From Thermoanaerobaculia bacterium (GTDB lineage: Bacteria; Acidobacteriota; Thermoanaerobaculia; Multivoradales; JAHZIX01), in the NCBI GenBank assembly GCA_027069135.1, contig JALXFE010000400.1, forward strand, positions 28,774 through 92,773: DNA of 64,000 bases. The letters run 5' to 3'. Of this stretch, positions 18,059 to 27,183 are shown piece by piece. Position 1 is the stretch's first letter. Each line of letters opens with the position of its first letter. A program made the position numbers and the translations under genes. Under the pieces are notes generated by a model that was not told where the DNA came from, did no database searches, and saw only the letters and a list, made by a program, of their open reading frames with translations.

Positions 18059-18603
18059 TCGTCTCCGTCGGAAGGCGGGAAGAGACCGTCGCCATCGAGG
18101 AAGACGGGCAGGATTGCTACCTCGTTCGCCTCGGGGACCGGTCCTATCGCGTGAACTCTGTGGCCACCGGGCCCGGCCTTCGCAGCCTGCTGGTCAAGAA
18201 AGTCTCCCCGGGGCAGGAAGACCCTGCGGAAAAAGACTCCCAGCGGCAGTGGGAAATCTCCGTCCGGCCGCTGGCAGAGGATTCCTACGAGGTCTCCGCG
18301 GCGGGCCCTCGGGCCTCCGTCCGGGTCACTGTGGAAGACCCCTTGACCCATCAGGCCCGAGAAGCCCTCGGCGAGAGCGGCAAGTCCGGCCCTCACCGGG
18401 TCGAGGCCTTGATGCCCGGCCGGGTCATCGCCCTCCTGGTCGAGGAAGGTGCTCCGGTCGAAGAAGGCCAGGGCGTCCTCGTGCTGGAAGCCATGAAAAT
18501 GGAGAATGAGATCTCCGCCGAAAGCGGTGGGATCGTTCGCAAGCTCCTCGTCGAAGAGGGCCAGGCCGTGGATAGCGGCGACCCACTTTTTGAGATCGAA
18601 TAG
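18049..18603 (+). CDS. accB: Biotin carboxyl carrier protein (biotinyl domain)
   Basis: C-terminal VLVLEAMKMENEISAESGGIVRKLLVEEGQAVDSGDPLFEIE with the biotinyl-lysine EAMKM motif. Start uncertain (ATG 18007 or GTG 18049); overlaps the accC 3' end in another frame. Confidence 0.7.
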   Translation: MELIVSVGRREETVAIEEDGQDCYLVRLGDRSYRVNSVATGPGLRSLLVKKVSPGQEDPAEKDSQRQWEISVRPLAEDSYEVSAAGPRASVRVTVEDPLTHQAREALGESGKSGPHRVEALMPGRVIALLVEEGAPVEEGQGVLVLEAMKMENEISAESGGIVRKLLVEEGQAVDSGDPLFEIE

Positions 18604-18612
18604 GACGACGCC

Positions 18613-21108
18613 GTGGCCTTGTTCAGCAACAAACGCTCCCTGATCGAAAACATCTTCACCTCCCAATGGGAAACCCCGGAGGAGAAAACGCGGCTCCTCC
18701 AGAAATTGCGTTCGAGCCCTCCCCGTTCCAGCGCGGAGCTCATCCCATTTCTTTGGCACGACGACGGAGACGTTCGCCGGCTGGGCTCGTCCCTCTTCCT
18801 GGAACGTCCAGACGCCTCCTCCATCGAAGCCTTCCTCCGGGAGATCGGTGACCGGCCCGTCAACCAACGCACAGGCCTGATGCCCTTATTCGAGCACCTA
18901 CCGTCCGCGGAGGTCAGCCGGCAGCTGAGCCGCATCCTCACGGGCGGTTCGCCGAGTGAGAAGCGCAGCGGTTGGAGCCTCGCTCTCTCCCTCCCGGGCG
19001 CCCTGGGGGCGACCTTCCTGGAACGGGCGGTCCTCGATGCACCCACGCCGGTCCGCATCCGGGCTATCCAACGGCTCGTGGAAGGAACCCCGGATGTCGC
19101 TCGCGCCAACCTATTACGCCGTCTGGCGCAAGATCCCGAACGGCAGATTCGCCTCCAAGCCCTCGAGGCCCTCAGCAGTCTTCAAGGGCCCCAGGTTCTA
19201 GGATTGATGATCGAGCGTCTGGCGGAAGGCGACGAAGCGGAACAAGCCATCGCCGAGCGCTACCTCGCCCAAGCGGAAAAGGTAGATCCCGCCGCAAAAC
19301 GGCAGGCACTCCTGGACATCCTCACCAAAGGGAATCAGAACACCCGCCGCATCGTCGTTCGATCGCTGCTGGAGGCCGACAGCCCGGAAAACGTGGTTCG
19401 AGAAGTCCTCGCCCGCTGTACCGGCATGGCCGGCTGGCTGCGCAACCGTGTCCTCGAAGCCCTCCGGGAAGCCGGGCCGACGGTCCTCGAGGCCTCTTTG
19501 GAGATCATCCGCCACGGCGGCGGAGACCTCCGCACACCGGCCATCATGATGCTGGCCGACGGCAAGCCGGAGCCCCGGATGCTGGAGCCCTTCTGCCAGC
19601 TCCTGACGGATCCCGATTGGTGGCTGAGGGTCTCTGCCTGTGAAGTGCTGGGCAATCTCGGGGATGAGCGAGCCGTACCTCATCTCGTGCGAGCGCTCCA
19701 GGACGAAGAGACTCGCTGGGCCGCGGTGGACGCTCTGGCTCAAATTGGAGCCGCCTCGGCCCTGCAACCGCTCAGCAAGCTCCTGAGAGATCCGCGCGAA
19801 GAGGTCCGCCTGGATGTCCTTCAGGCCTTCTCCCGTTTCAGCGATCAGCGTCTCCTGCCGGTCATCCGTTCCGTGCGGGAACGGGATCCTTCGCCTACGG
19901 TGCGGGAGCGGGCTCGAGAGATCCAAAAGGCGATGGCCAAGAGCCTGAGTCTCGAGGAGGCCGACGCCGAGGATCCCAAGATCGACGTCAACAGCTTTTC
20001 CAATCCCTTAGACAAGCTCCTGTGGAAAATCCGCGATATGGGAGCCAGCGATCTCCACCTGACGGTCGGCGAGCCCCCCATGATCCGCATCGACGGCGAA
20101 TTGCAGAGGATGAAGGGCCTCGGAAATCTATCCGCCGAGCACTGCCGACGCTACATCTATGGAATTCTCGATGAGCGTCAACGCCAGATTCTCGAGGCCG
20201 ATCAGGCCCTGGATTTTTGCCGCGAGTTGGAGGGGGTCGGACGCTATCGCGCCAACGCGTTTCAGCAATGGCGTGGCCTATGCGCCTCCTTCCGGGTCAT
20301 CCAACACTCCCCCTCGACGTTCTATGAGCTGGGGCTCCCCCAGGGGCTCAAGGAGCTCCTCGATTATCATCAGGGAATCATCGTCCTGGCGGGTCCTTCC
20401 GGCTGCGGCAAGAGCACTTCGATGGTGGCTCTGTTGGACCTCATCAACGAGACCAAGGCCCTCCACATCGTCACCCTGGAGGATCCGGTGGAGTTCATCC
20501 ATCCACCGAAGCTGGGATTGATCAATCAACGGCAGGTCGGGCGCGATACGGTGAGCTTCGCCTCCGGCCTTCGGGCGGCGATGCGGGAAGACCCGGATGT
20601 CATCGTCGTTGGAGAGCTTCGCGACCCGGACACCATCCGCATGGCGCTCAAGGCCGCTGAAACCGGCCATTTGGTTCTCGCCACTCTCCATACCACCGGC
20701 TGCGTGCAGACCATCGACCGCCTGGTGGACAGCCTCCCACCGGATGAGCAAGCGCAGATCCGCACGTCCCTCTCCGAGTCCCTGAAATACGTCGTCTCCC
20801 AACGGCTGGTGCCGCGGAAGAATCCACAGGCACACCCTCGCGGCAAGCGTCGGGTCGCCGTCTTCGAGGTCATCAAAGTGACCTTCAGCATCGGCGCCAA
20901 AATCCGCCAGGCGGAGACCTTTCAGATTCCCAGCCTGATGCAAATCGGCCGCAATCTGGGCATGCGTTCCCGAGATATGGCGCTGCAGGAGATGATCGAA
21001 AATGACCTCATCGAGCCGGAGGTCGCCTGGCGGCAAGCAGAACAGCCGGCGAACTTCCTTTCCCAATGCGATCTTTCGAAACTTCCTTCCGGAGAAGCCG
21101 ACTGGTGA
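18613..21108 (+). CDS. PilT/PilU-family type IV pilus retraction ATPase fused to an N-terminal ~450-aa HEAT-repeat (PBS-lyase HEAT-like) domain
   Basis: N-terminal HEAT-like repeats (e.g. AVPHLVRALQDEETRWAAVDALAQIGAASALQPL...). C-terminal half has PilT_N, Walker A GPSGCGKST, Walker B DPDVIVVGELRD and His box ATLHT. Confidence 0.8.
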   Translation: MALFSNKRSLIENIFTSQWETPEEKTRLLQKLRSSPPRSSAELIPFLWHDDGDVRRLGSSLFLERPDASSIEAFLREIGDRPVNQRTGLMPLFEHLPSAEVSRQLSRILTGGSPSEKRSGWSLALSLPGALGATFLERAVLDAPTPVRIRAIQRLVEGTPDVARANLLRRLAQDPERQIRLQALEALSSLQGPQVLGLMIERLAEGDEAEQAIAERYLAQAEKVDPAAKRQALLDILTKGNQNTRRIVVRSLLEADSPENVVREVLARCTGMAGWLRNRVLEALREAGPTVLEASLEIIRHGGGDLRTPAIMMLADGKPEPRMLEPFCQLLTDPDWWLRVSACEVLGNLGDERAVPHLVRALQDEETRWAAVDALAQIGAASALQPLSKLLRDPREEVRLDVLQAFSRFSDQRLLPVIRSVRERDPSPTVRERAREIQKAMAKSLSLEEADAEDPKIDVNSFSNPLDKLLWKIRDMGASDLHLTVGEPPMIRIDGELQRMKGLGNLSAEHCRRYIYGILDERQRQILEADQALDFCRELEGVGRYRANAFQQWRGLCASFRVIQHSPSTFYELGLPQGLKELLDYHQGIIVLAGPSGCGKSTSMVALLDLINETKALHIVTLEDPVEFIHPPKLGLINQRQVGRDTVSFASGLRAAMREDPDVIVVGELRDPDTIRMALKAAETGHLVLATLHTTGCVQTIDRLVDSLPPDEQAQIRTSLSESLKYVVSQRLVPRKNPQAHPRGKRRVAVFEVIKVTFSIGAKIRQAETFQIPSLMQIGRNLGMRSRDMALQEMIENDLIEPEVAWRQAEQPANFLSQCDLSKLPSGEADW

Positions 21109-22268
21109 GTGAGGAAAAAACCGACGCGACGGCGGCGACGCCGGGGACCGTACCGCCGGGGCAGGGCCTGAAGCGTATCGATCGCTTCCTGAAGTTGATG
21201 GCTGACCGAGGAGCCTCAGACCTCCACCTCTCGACCGGTCGAGCACCCATGCTGCGCCTTTCCGGTGGGGTGGAGGCCGTCCGCTACCGGGTGATCGACG
21301 AGCGCGACTTCGAAGGCCTGATGCAGCCCATCACCCCGCAGCGGCTGTGGAAACGATTCGTCGAAACGGGAGATGCCGACTACGCCTACGACCTCCCGGG
21401 AGTGGCCCGGTACCGAGTCAACGTGTTTCGCCAACACCGGGGGCCCAGTGCGGTCTTTCGCATCATTCCCAACGAATTGATCACCCTCGAAGAGCTCAAG
21501 ATGCCGCCGGCCGTGGGCAAGCTGGCGGACACTCCCTCGGGCCTCATCCTGGTCACCGGTCCCACCGGCTCCGGTAAGAGCACTACCTTGGCGGCGCTGC
21601 TCCATGAGATCAACCTCACGCGCCAACTCCACGTCATCACCATCGAAGACCCCATCGAGTTCGTCCACAAGAACCGCCAATGCCTGTTCAGCCAAAAAGA
21701 GATCGGTACCCACGCTCAAGGCTTCGCCGAGGCCCTGCGCATGGCCCTGCGAGAAGACCCGGACGTGATCCTGATCGGTGAGATGCGGGATCTAGAGACC
21801 ATCGAGATCGCCCTAAACGCCGCCGATACCGGCCTGCTCGTCCTCGGCACTCTGCACACGAATTCCGCGGCCAAGACCGTCGACCGCGTGGTCAGCGTCT
21901 TCCCCGCCAGCCGCACCGAGGAAGTACGAAATCTTCTCGCCAACGGCCTGTGCGCCATCGTCGCCCAGCAATTGCTCAACCGCATCGGCGGTGGCCGCAT
22001 CGCGGCCGTCGAGGTGCTTCTCAACAACCAGGCCTTGAGCTCCACGATTCGCGAAGGCAAGACCCACCAGATCTCGGACATCATCAGCGCCGGCAAGCGC
22101 CGCGGCATGGTGGCCATGGACGACAGCCTCATCCAATTGGTGGAAACCGAAGTCATCGAGCCCCAACGGGCTCTCGAAAAGGCCATCGACAAGGACGCGA
22201 TGCGCCGATGGCTCAAAAAGCACGGCTCCCAGGTTCCGGAAGACGTCGAGGACCCTGACGAAGCTTAG
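21066..22268 (+). CDS. pilT: Type IV pilus twitching-motility ATPase PilT
   Basis: ASDLHLSTG, Walker A GPTGSGKST, DPDVILIGEMRD, GTLHTNSAAKT and an AIRNLIRE-like STIREGKTHQI motif. Start ATG 21066, or GTG 21105 overlapping the upstream stop (GTGA). Confidence 0.9.
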   Translation: MRSFETSFRRSRLVSEEKTDATAATPGTVPPGQGLKRIDRFLKLMADRGASDLHLSTGRAPMLRLSGGVEAVRYRVIDERDFEGLMQPITPQRLWKRFVETGDADYAYDLPGVARYRVNVFRQHRGPSAVFRIIPNELITLEELKMPPAVGKLADTPSGLILVTGPTGSGKSTTLAALLHEINLTRQLHVITIEDPIEFVHKNRQCLFSQKEIGTHAQGFAEALRMALREDPDVILIGEMRDLETIEIALNAADTGLLVLGTLHTNSAAKTVDRVVSVFPASRTEEVRNLLANGLCAIVAQQLLNRIGGGRIAAVEVLLNNQALSSTIREGKTHQISDIISAGKRRGMVAMDDSLIQLVETEVIEPQRALEKAIDKDAMRRWLKKHGSQVPEDVEDPDEA

Positions 22269-22393
22269 AGACGGCTGCCTTGGGCGAGCCCCTCTTCCAT
22301 GACAAGTGATATCTTGTGGGCTAACAGGTTCTCGAGATCCGAAGCGGGTGAGAACATCGGCGGCGGTCCCGGACCTGGAACCAACCCAACAAC

Positions 22394-22400
22394 AAGGAGG
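22394..22400 (+). promoter_or_regulatory. Shine-Dalgarno AAGGAGG for the dodecin gene
   Basis: AAGGAGG 6 nt upstream of ATG 22406. Confidence 0.6.
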
Positions 22401-22405
22401 ATCCC

Positions 22406-22609
22406 ATGACCGTAGCAAAAATTACTGAGATCTCGTCTTCTTCCGAGATCAGCTTCGAAGATGCCATCAAGGACGGCCTAAAGCGGGCCAGCAAGACGCT
22501 CCACAACATCACCGGAGCCTGGGTCAGCCAGCAGAAGGTCGACCTCAAAGACGGCAAGGTCGTCGCCTACCGGGTGAACCTCAAGCTCACCTTCGTCCTC
22601 AAGGACTGA
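22406..22609 (+). CDS. Dodecin family flavin-binding protein
   Basis: 67 aa: KITEISSSSEISFEDAIKDGLKRASKTLHNITGAWVSQQKVDLKDGKVVAYRVNLKLTFVLKD matches the dodecin consensus (...E..G.S..S.EDAI...KVT..V.F.L.D). Confidence 0.75.
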   Translation: MTVAKITEISSSSEISFEDAIKDGLKRASKTLHNITGAWVSQQKVDLKDGKVVAYRVNLKLTFVLKD

Positions 22610-22628
22610 TCCGCCATCTCCGCTTACA

Positions 22629-22650
22629 GCCCGGGTCCGGCAGCCCGGGC
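22629..22650. terminator. GC hairpin (gcccggg-N8-cccgggc) between convergent genes; candidate bidirectional terminator
   Basis: Inverted repeat between the dodecin stop (22609) and the heptosyltransferase stop (22687). Confidence 0.35.
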
Positions 22651-22686
22651 TGGCGGCGCCGATTCCCACCCGCCGTCTTCACTCCC

Positions 22687-23790
22687 CTAGCTCTCTTTAC
22701 CCTTTCCTAGCAGGGTCTCGCAGCGCTCGAGAACTGCGTCGACTTCCAGAGCGAATAGCGGGCTGCGACGAAAGACCCAGGAAAGCGGTGGGGTCGGAGA
22801 CCTGCCGAAGAGCACTTCTTGGCCTTCGACAGAAGCTCGGCCGGTGGTCGGCGAAGCCAACGCGAGGGTCGTAACCCCGAGGGCCGTCGCCAAGTCCAGG
22901 AGTGACCCGCTATTGCCCACCGCAAGGTCCAGATGACAGAGGGCTCCGGCCAAGTCTGCCAGATCGAGATCCGGCCCCAGAACGGGAACGAAACGGGCCG
23001 TCTCCTCATGCACCCGCACCGACGGCCATAGATCCGCTGACCTCGCCACCAAAGCGCAACGAACCGACGGGGTGCTTTTTCTCAATCTTTGCGCCAGAGC
23101 CGCGAAGCTTTGCCAGGGCCATCGGGGGCTCAGCCGATGATCCGCTCCCGCAAAGAGCCCCACAAGCAGACATTGCCGTGGAATCTGGGCACGGCGGAGA
23201 TACGATTCACCCTCGGCTCGGAGCTCTTCTGGAAGCTGAATCGTCGGCCGCCAACTCGACGGCGGATCGAGCCCGAGGGCCGTCACCAAGCGACGGTAGT
23301 AGGGCCTTCCCACGGTTCTAGGCCCCATCCGGCGAAGCGTCGAGGCGGCGACCGCCGGACGTTCCAACCCGGGTTCGAGGAGCCTGCGCCGCCACCATCC
23401 GCCGTAACCCCAACGCCGAGGAACCCCCGCCCGAAGAACCAACTGTGCGGCCCGGCGGGATTCGTCTAGGAGCACTGCTTCTCGACACCCGAGCTTCCTC
23501 AGGGCGGCAACCGTGGCTTCTTGCGACTCTTCGAGCTCCACCAGATCCCGAACCCCCGGAAGAAGCGATAAGAAGCGGGCGAAGGCGGCGGGGGCGAGAA
23601 CGACCAACTGGCGGCCTGCGGAGGCCAGGCTCCGAAACACCGGAAGAGCTCGCAGAAGCTCTAAGAGGGAGGTGGGAGAGACCACCAAAATCGGGGACGC
23701 CGACCCCGGCTCGAGAGGTGAATTCGAGTCTCCGTGCGGGGAGGGAGGCGCTGAGCGCCCCCCTTCGCCGGGGTCGGAGGGAGCTGTCAC
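22687..23790 (-). CDS. Glycosyltransferase family 9 (ADP-heptose:LPS heptosyltransferase-like)
   Basis: Motifs ILVVSPTSLLELLRALPVFRSL and LDLAVGNSGSLLDLATALGVTTLALASPT (GT9 signature region). The ORF-track 566-aa ORF (to 24387) is antisense to lpxL at its 5' end. A GTG at 23790 or 23799 overlaps the lpxL stop; start uncertain. Confidence 0.7.
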   Translation of the reverse strand: MTAPSDPGEGGRSAPPSPHGDSNSPLEPGSASPILVVSPTSLLELLRALPVFRSLASAGRQLVVLAPAAFARFLSLLPGVRDLVELEESQEATVAALRKLGCREAVLLDESRRAAQLVLRAGVPRRWGYGGWWRRRLLEPGLERPAVAASTLRRMGPRTVGRPYYRRLVTALGLDPPSSWRPTIQLPEELRAEGESYLRRAQIPRQCLLVGLFAGADHRLSPRWPWQSFAALAQRLRKSTPSVRCALVARSADLWPSVRVHEETARFVPVLGPDLDLADLAGALCHLDLAVGNSGSLLDLATALGVTTLALASPTTGRASVEGQEVLFGRSPTPPLSWVFRRSPLFALEVDAVLERCETLLGKGKES

Positions 23791-24677
23791 TTCTTCCACC
23801 GATTGTGGAGCCACATCCACTGAGCCGGGTGCTGGCGGATCTCTTCTTCGACCACCGCCAGGTAGTCGGTGGTCAGCCGGTGGACCGCCTCCTCCTCCGT
23901 CTCGCCGTCCGCCCGCGCCGGATCTATCGCCGGACGAAGCACCACCCGGTAGCAGCCCTTGGGCTTCGGGAACCCGAAGATCGGCACCACCGGAGCTCCG
24001 GTGCGCAGCGACATTTTGGCCAGAATCGTGTTGGTCCGAGACGGTTGGCCGAAGAACGGAACTTCGATGCCCTCCCCCCGGGGGGGCCGCTGATCGATCA
24101 AGATCCCCACCCGGCCCTGCTTGCGTAAGACCTTCATCATGCTTCGAGCAGCGCCTCGTTTGTCCAGAACCCGATTCCCGAAACGGGTCCGTAACCAGGT
24201 GAGCTCGCGGTCCAGGTGGGGATTGTCCAAGGGGCGGCCCACCACGTCCATGGGGCCCTGGTAGAGGCCTACCGGCAGGGCTGCGGCTTCCCAACAACCG
24301 AGATGGGCGCTCATGACGAATATGCCCTTGCCCACTTCTTCCGCCCGCTGCAGGTTCTCCAAACCTTCCAGGGTCAGGCGCCGACAAAATTCGACTCGGT
24401 CGAATCGGCCACAGCTCAGAGAATCACAGAAGCTCAATCCGAGATGATGGAAGGACTCGCGGGTCCGCCGCCGAAGCTCCTCGTCAGAAAGCTCCGGAAA
24501 CGCCCTGCGCAGGTTGTCGGATGCGATCCGCCGACGGCCCACCAGCAGACCTCCCGCCAACCGGCCCAAGGCACCGCCCAGCCGACGAGCGCCGGTGTGG
24601 GGAAGGGCCCTCAAAGCTCCCTTGACAGCCAAGAAGGCGCCATATTCCACCCGATGCCGAAAGGGCGCGTTTTTCAT
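23787..24677 (-). CDS. lpxL: Lipid A biosynthesis (Kdo2-lipid IVA) acyltransferase, LpxL/HtrB family
   Basis: LPLAT motifs: FVMSAHLGCWE (HX4D-type region), ILIDQRPP. Start taken at MKNAPF (ATGA overlap with the lpxK stop). Confidence 0.85.
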   Translation of the reverse strand: MKNAPFRHRVEYGAFLAVKGALRALPHTGARRLGGALGRLAGGLLVGRRRIASDNLRRAFPELSDEELRRRTRESFHHLGLSFCDSLSCGRFDRVEFCRRLTLEGLENLQRAEEVGKGIFVMSAHLGCWEAAALPVGLYQGPMDVVGRPLDNPHLDRELTWLRTRFGNRVLDKRGAARSMMKVLRKQGRVGILIDQRPPRGEGIEVPFFGQPSRTNTILAKMSLRTGAPVVPIFGFPKPKGCYRVVLRPAIDPARADGETEEEAVHRLTTDYLAVVEEEIRQHPAQWMWLHNRWKK

Positions 24678-25717
24678 GACTCGACCAACCTGCGGATCGT
24701 CGGCTCCAGCCAACTCCAAAATGCCGGCTCGGGCTCGGCACGAATCGGAAGCTCGGCCAAGGGGGCTTCGAGCCGGCCATGGAGCTTGACCCGATCTTTG
24801 GAGGTGGTGAGAACGGCCTGGGCGCCGGCAGCCCGGAAAGCCGCCTCGATCCGCTCGACGGACTTCGGCGGATAGTCGTGATGGTCTCCGAAGCGGAGCT
24901 CCTCGGCGACCTCGAACCGAGCCGCCTCGACGGTCGAACGAAACCGCTCCGGTCGGGCGATGGCTGAGACCAGCAGGACTCGGGCTCCGGCTTGAAGCAG
25001 GTGTCCCGGTGCGATTTGAGCGGGGGAGGGAATCACCGCGCTGGCGAAACCCGGGCCCCGAAACCCGAAAGGCCGCAGGGCAGCGGCCAACTCCTGGCCG
25101 TGATCCTCCCCGGAAGCCCCAGTGAGGACCACGGCATCGGCCCGGCGGGCGCTCACGAGCGGTTCTCTCAACCGACCGCTCGGCAACAGGCGACCTCCGG
25201 CGAACGGATCCGATGATGGGAACGCCAGCAAGTCCAGGTCGCGATAGAGCTTCAGATGGGAGAAGCCGTCGTCCAGGAGAAAGATCTGGGGCTGAGGGTC
25301 GAGACGCTGGAGGGCATGGAGCCCGGCCCGGTGCCGGTCTTCGCCGACCACCACGGCGACCCCGGGGACCTGCCCCGCGAGAAGCACCGGCTCGTCACCG
25401 GCAGAGCTTGGCCCCAGGAGGGGACCCTTTCCGACACTGACGACCTTGATGCCCCCCTCTTTACGCCCATAGCCCCGAGACAAGACCGCGGTGGAGAGGC
25501 CCAAATCCCGCAAGTAGCTGGCCACGGCGGCCACCAGCGGAGTTTTCCCGGCGCCTCCCCAATGGAGGTTGCCGACGCTCACCACCGGCCGCGGCAGCCG
25601 GCGGGCCCGGGTGTCGTACCAGCGGCGGCGCAGGTGATGGGCAGCCCCGTAAAACAACTGCCAGGGTGAGCGGGGGGGCTTTGGTGAGGGGAGTAGAATC
25701 TGCATAGGGGAGGTCAA
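24674..25717 (-). CDS. lpxK: Tetraacyldisaccharide 4'-kinase
   Basis: VVSVGNLHWGGAGKTP P-loop and overall LpxK similarity. ATGA overlap with waaA. Confidence 0.85.
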   Translation of the reverse strand: MTSPMQILLPSPKPPRSPWQLFYGAAHHLRRRWYDTRARRLPRPVVSVGNLHWGGAGKTPLVAAVASYLRDLGLSTAVLSRGYGRKEGGIKVVSVGKGPLLGPSSAGDEPVLLAGQVPGVAVVVGEDRHRAGLHALQRLDPQPQIFLLDDGFSHLKLYRDLDLLAFPSSDPFAGGRLLPSGRLREPLVSARRADAVVLTGASGEDHGQELAAALRPFGFRGPGFASAVIPSPAQIAPGHLLQAGARVLLVSAIARPERFRSTVEAARFEVAEELRFGDHHDYPPKSVERIEAAFRAAGAQAVLTTSKDRVKLHGRLEAPLAELPIRAEPEPAFWSWLEPTIRRLVES

Positions 25718-27069
25718 CTCTCGGCCTTGGGCTCGATTCCTACCCAGCCCTCATAGAGAGGCGCTACGAGTTCCAGCGTAGCCGCGAGAGCCCCACGATT
25801 GCGCCGGATCAACTCCAGCGAGCGCTCTCCCACCTCCGTCCCCCGGTCCGGATCCTCCAACCAAGCGCTCCACACCGCGCCCAGGTCTTTTCCGTCCCGA
25901 ACCCGAGCCCAGGCTTCGGCGTCATCGAAATGTTGGGCGATCTCTCGAAAGTTCTCCATAGAGGATCCTACCGCGGTCGGCACGGCAAACTGAGCCGGTT
26001 CCAGGGGATTGTGGCCCCCTTTCGGGACCAGGGTACCGCCGACGAATGCGGCGGTGGCAATCCGGTAGAGAGCCGCAAGCTCCCCCAGGCTATCCAGGAG
26101 GACGACTCCGAGTGCCTCCTCGGGCTCCCCGGTCCCACCTCGGAGGGGGTTCTCGAGGTCGAGCGCCGAGCGCCGTAGGGCCGAGAAGCCCCGGCGCTGC
26201 AAAAGGTCTGCGACCTCGTTCCAACGCTCCGGATGCCGTGGCACGAGAATCAGGAGCGCTGTTTCTCTACCACCCAGAGCTTCGAAAGCATCCAACACAG
26301 CTTCTTCCTCTCCCCCCATAGTCGAGCCGGCTACAAGAATCGGCCGGCCGGCCGCCAGGGTCTCGAAGGCCTCTTCCAAGGCGCTGTTCCGTGGCGGTTT
26401 CTCCGTTTCGTACTTGAGGTTGCCGGTCACCGTGGTCCGAGAGACCTCCACCCCCAGAGCCACCAGCCGGCGGCGATCTTCTTCAGTCTGCATCGCAAAA
26501 TGAGAAATGGGCCGCAGCAGAGGAGAGAGAAAGGCCCTCAGCCGATGCATACGGGCGAAGCTGCGATCGCTGATCCGACCGTTGACAACCACGGTGGGCC
26601 CCTCCCGTCGCCCTAGGTGGTGCAGGAGCAGAGGCCATAGGTCCCCTTCCGTGAGGACCACCGCCCTCGGACGGTAGCGACTCAGAAACCGCCGAATCGG
26701 TATCCCGAAATCGAAAGGGAGGTAGGTCACCGCCGCTCGAGGCTTTAAGCTCTTCTTCGCCCGGCCCTGCCCGGTCGGAGTCACCGTCGTCACCACCAGC
26801 GGCACGGCCTCCGGCAGAGCCGCAATCAGGGTTGCCGCCACTCCCACCTCGCCGACGGATACGGCGTGTACCCACAGCCTTTCCTCAGGCTCTTGGGCCT
26901 CCCGGGGTGGATAGAACCCCAGCCGGGGAATCAAGGTCTCTTTATAGTGCCGCCCGCGCCGAATCAGGATGAACGGCGCAGACACCAACAAGGCGGTCGC
27001 CATGACCCCTTGGTAGAGAATCCAAGCGATGGCGCCGAGAGCCCTTTCAAGGGCATGTATTTGCCTCAT
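25714..27069 (-). CDS. waaA: 3-deoxy-D-manno-octulosonic acid (Kdo) transferase
   Basis: N-terminal TM, then RLWVHAVSVGE and the GT30 fold; 451 aa. Confidence 0.85.
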   Translation of the reverse strand: MRQIHALERALGAIAWILYQGVMATALLVSAPFILIRRGRHYKETLIPRLGFYPPREAQEPEERLWVHAVSVGEVGVAATLIAALPEAVPLVVTTVTPTGQGRAKKSLKPRAAVTYLPFDFGIPIRRFLSRYRPRAVVLTEGDLWPLLLHHLGRREGPTVVVNGRISDRSFARMHRLRAFLSPLLRPISHFAMQTEEDRRRLVALGVEVSRTTVTGNLKYETEKPPRNSALEEAFETLAAGRPILVAGSTMGGEEEAVLDAFEALGGRETALLILVPRHPERWNEVADLLQRRGFSALRRSALDLENPLRGGTGEPEEALGVVLLDSLGELAALYRIATAAFVGGTLVPKGGHNPLEPAQFAVPTAVGSSMENFREIAQHFDDAEAWARVRDGKDLGAVWSAWLEDPDRGTEVGERSLELIRRNRGALAATLELVAPLYEGWVGIEPKAES

Positions 27070-27183
27070 GTCCGGCGGGAGTATAGTCTTTTGGCGCGTA
27101 CCCTCGCCTGGGCGGGAGACTTCGTCCCAAGAAATCCTAGACGTCTTGGGAACCCGGCCCGTATAGCCAATCGAGGGAAGAAC

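Noticed and set aside
22687-24387. 566-aa minus-strand ORF from the ORF track
   Set aside because: Only the C-terminal ~330 aa show protein-like (GT9 heptosyltransferase) sequence. The N-terminal ~200 aa are Gly/Arg/Pro-rich and lie antisense to the well-supported lpxL gene (23787-24677). The gene was therefore truncated to ~22687-23790.
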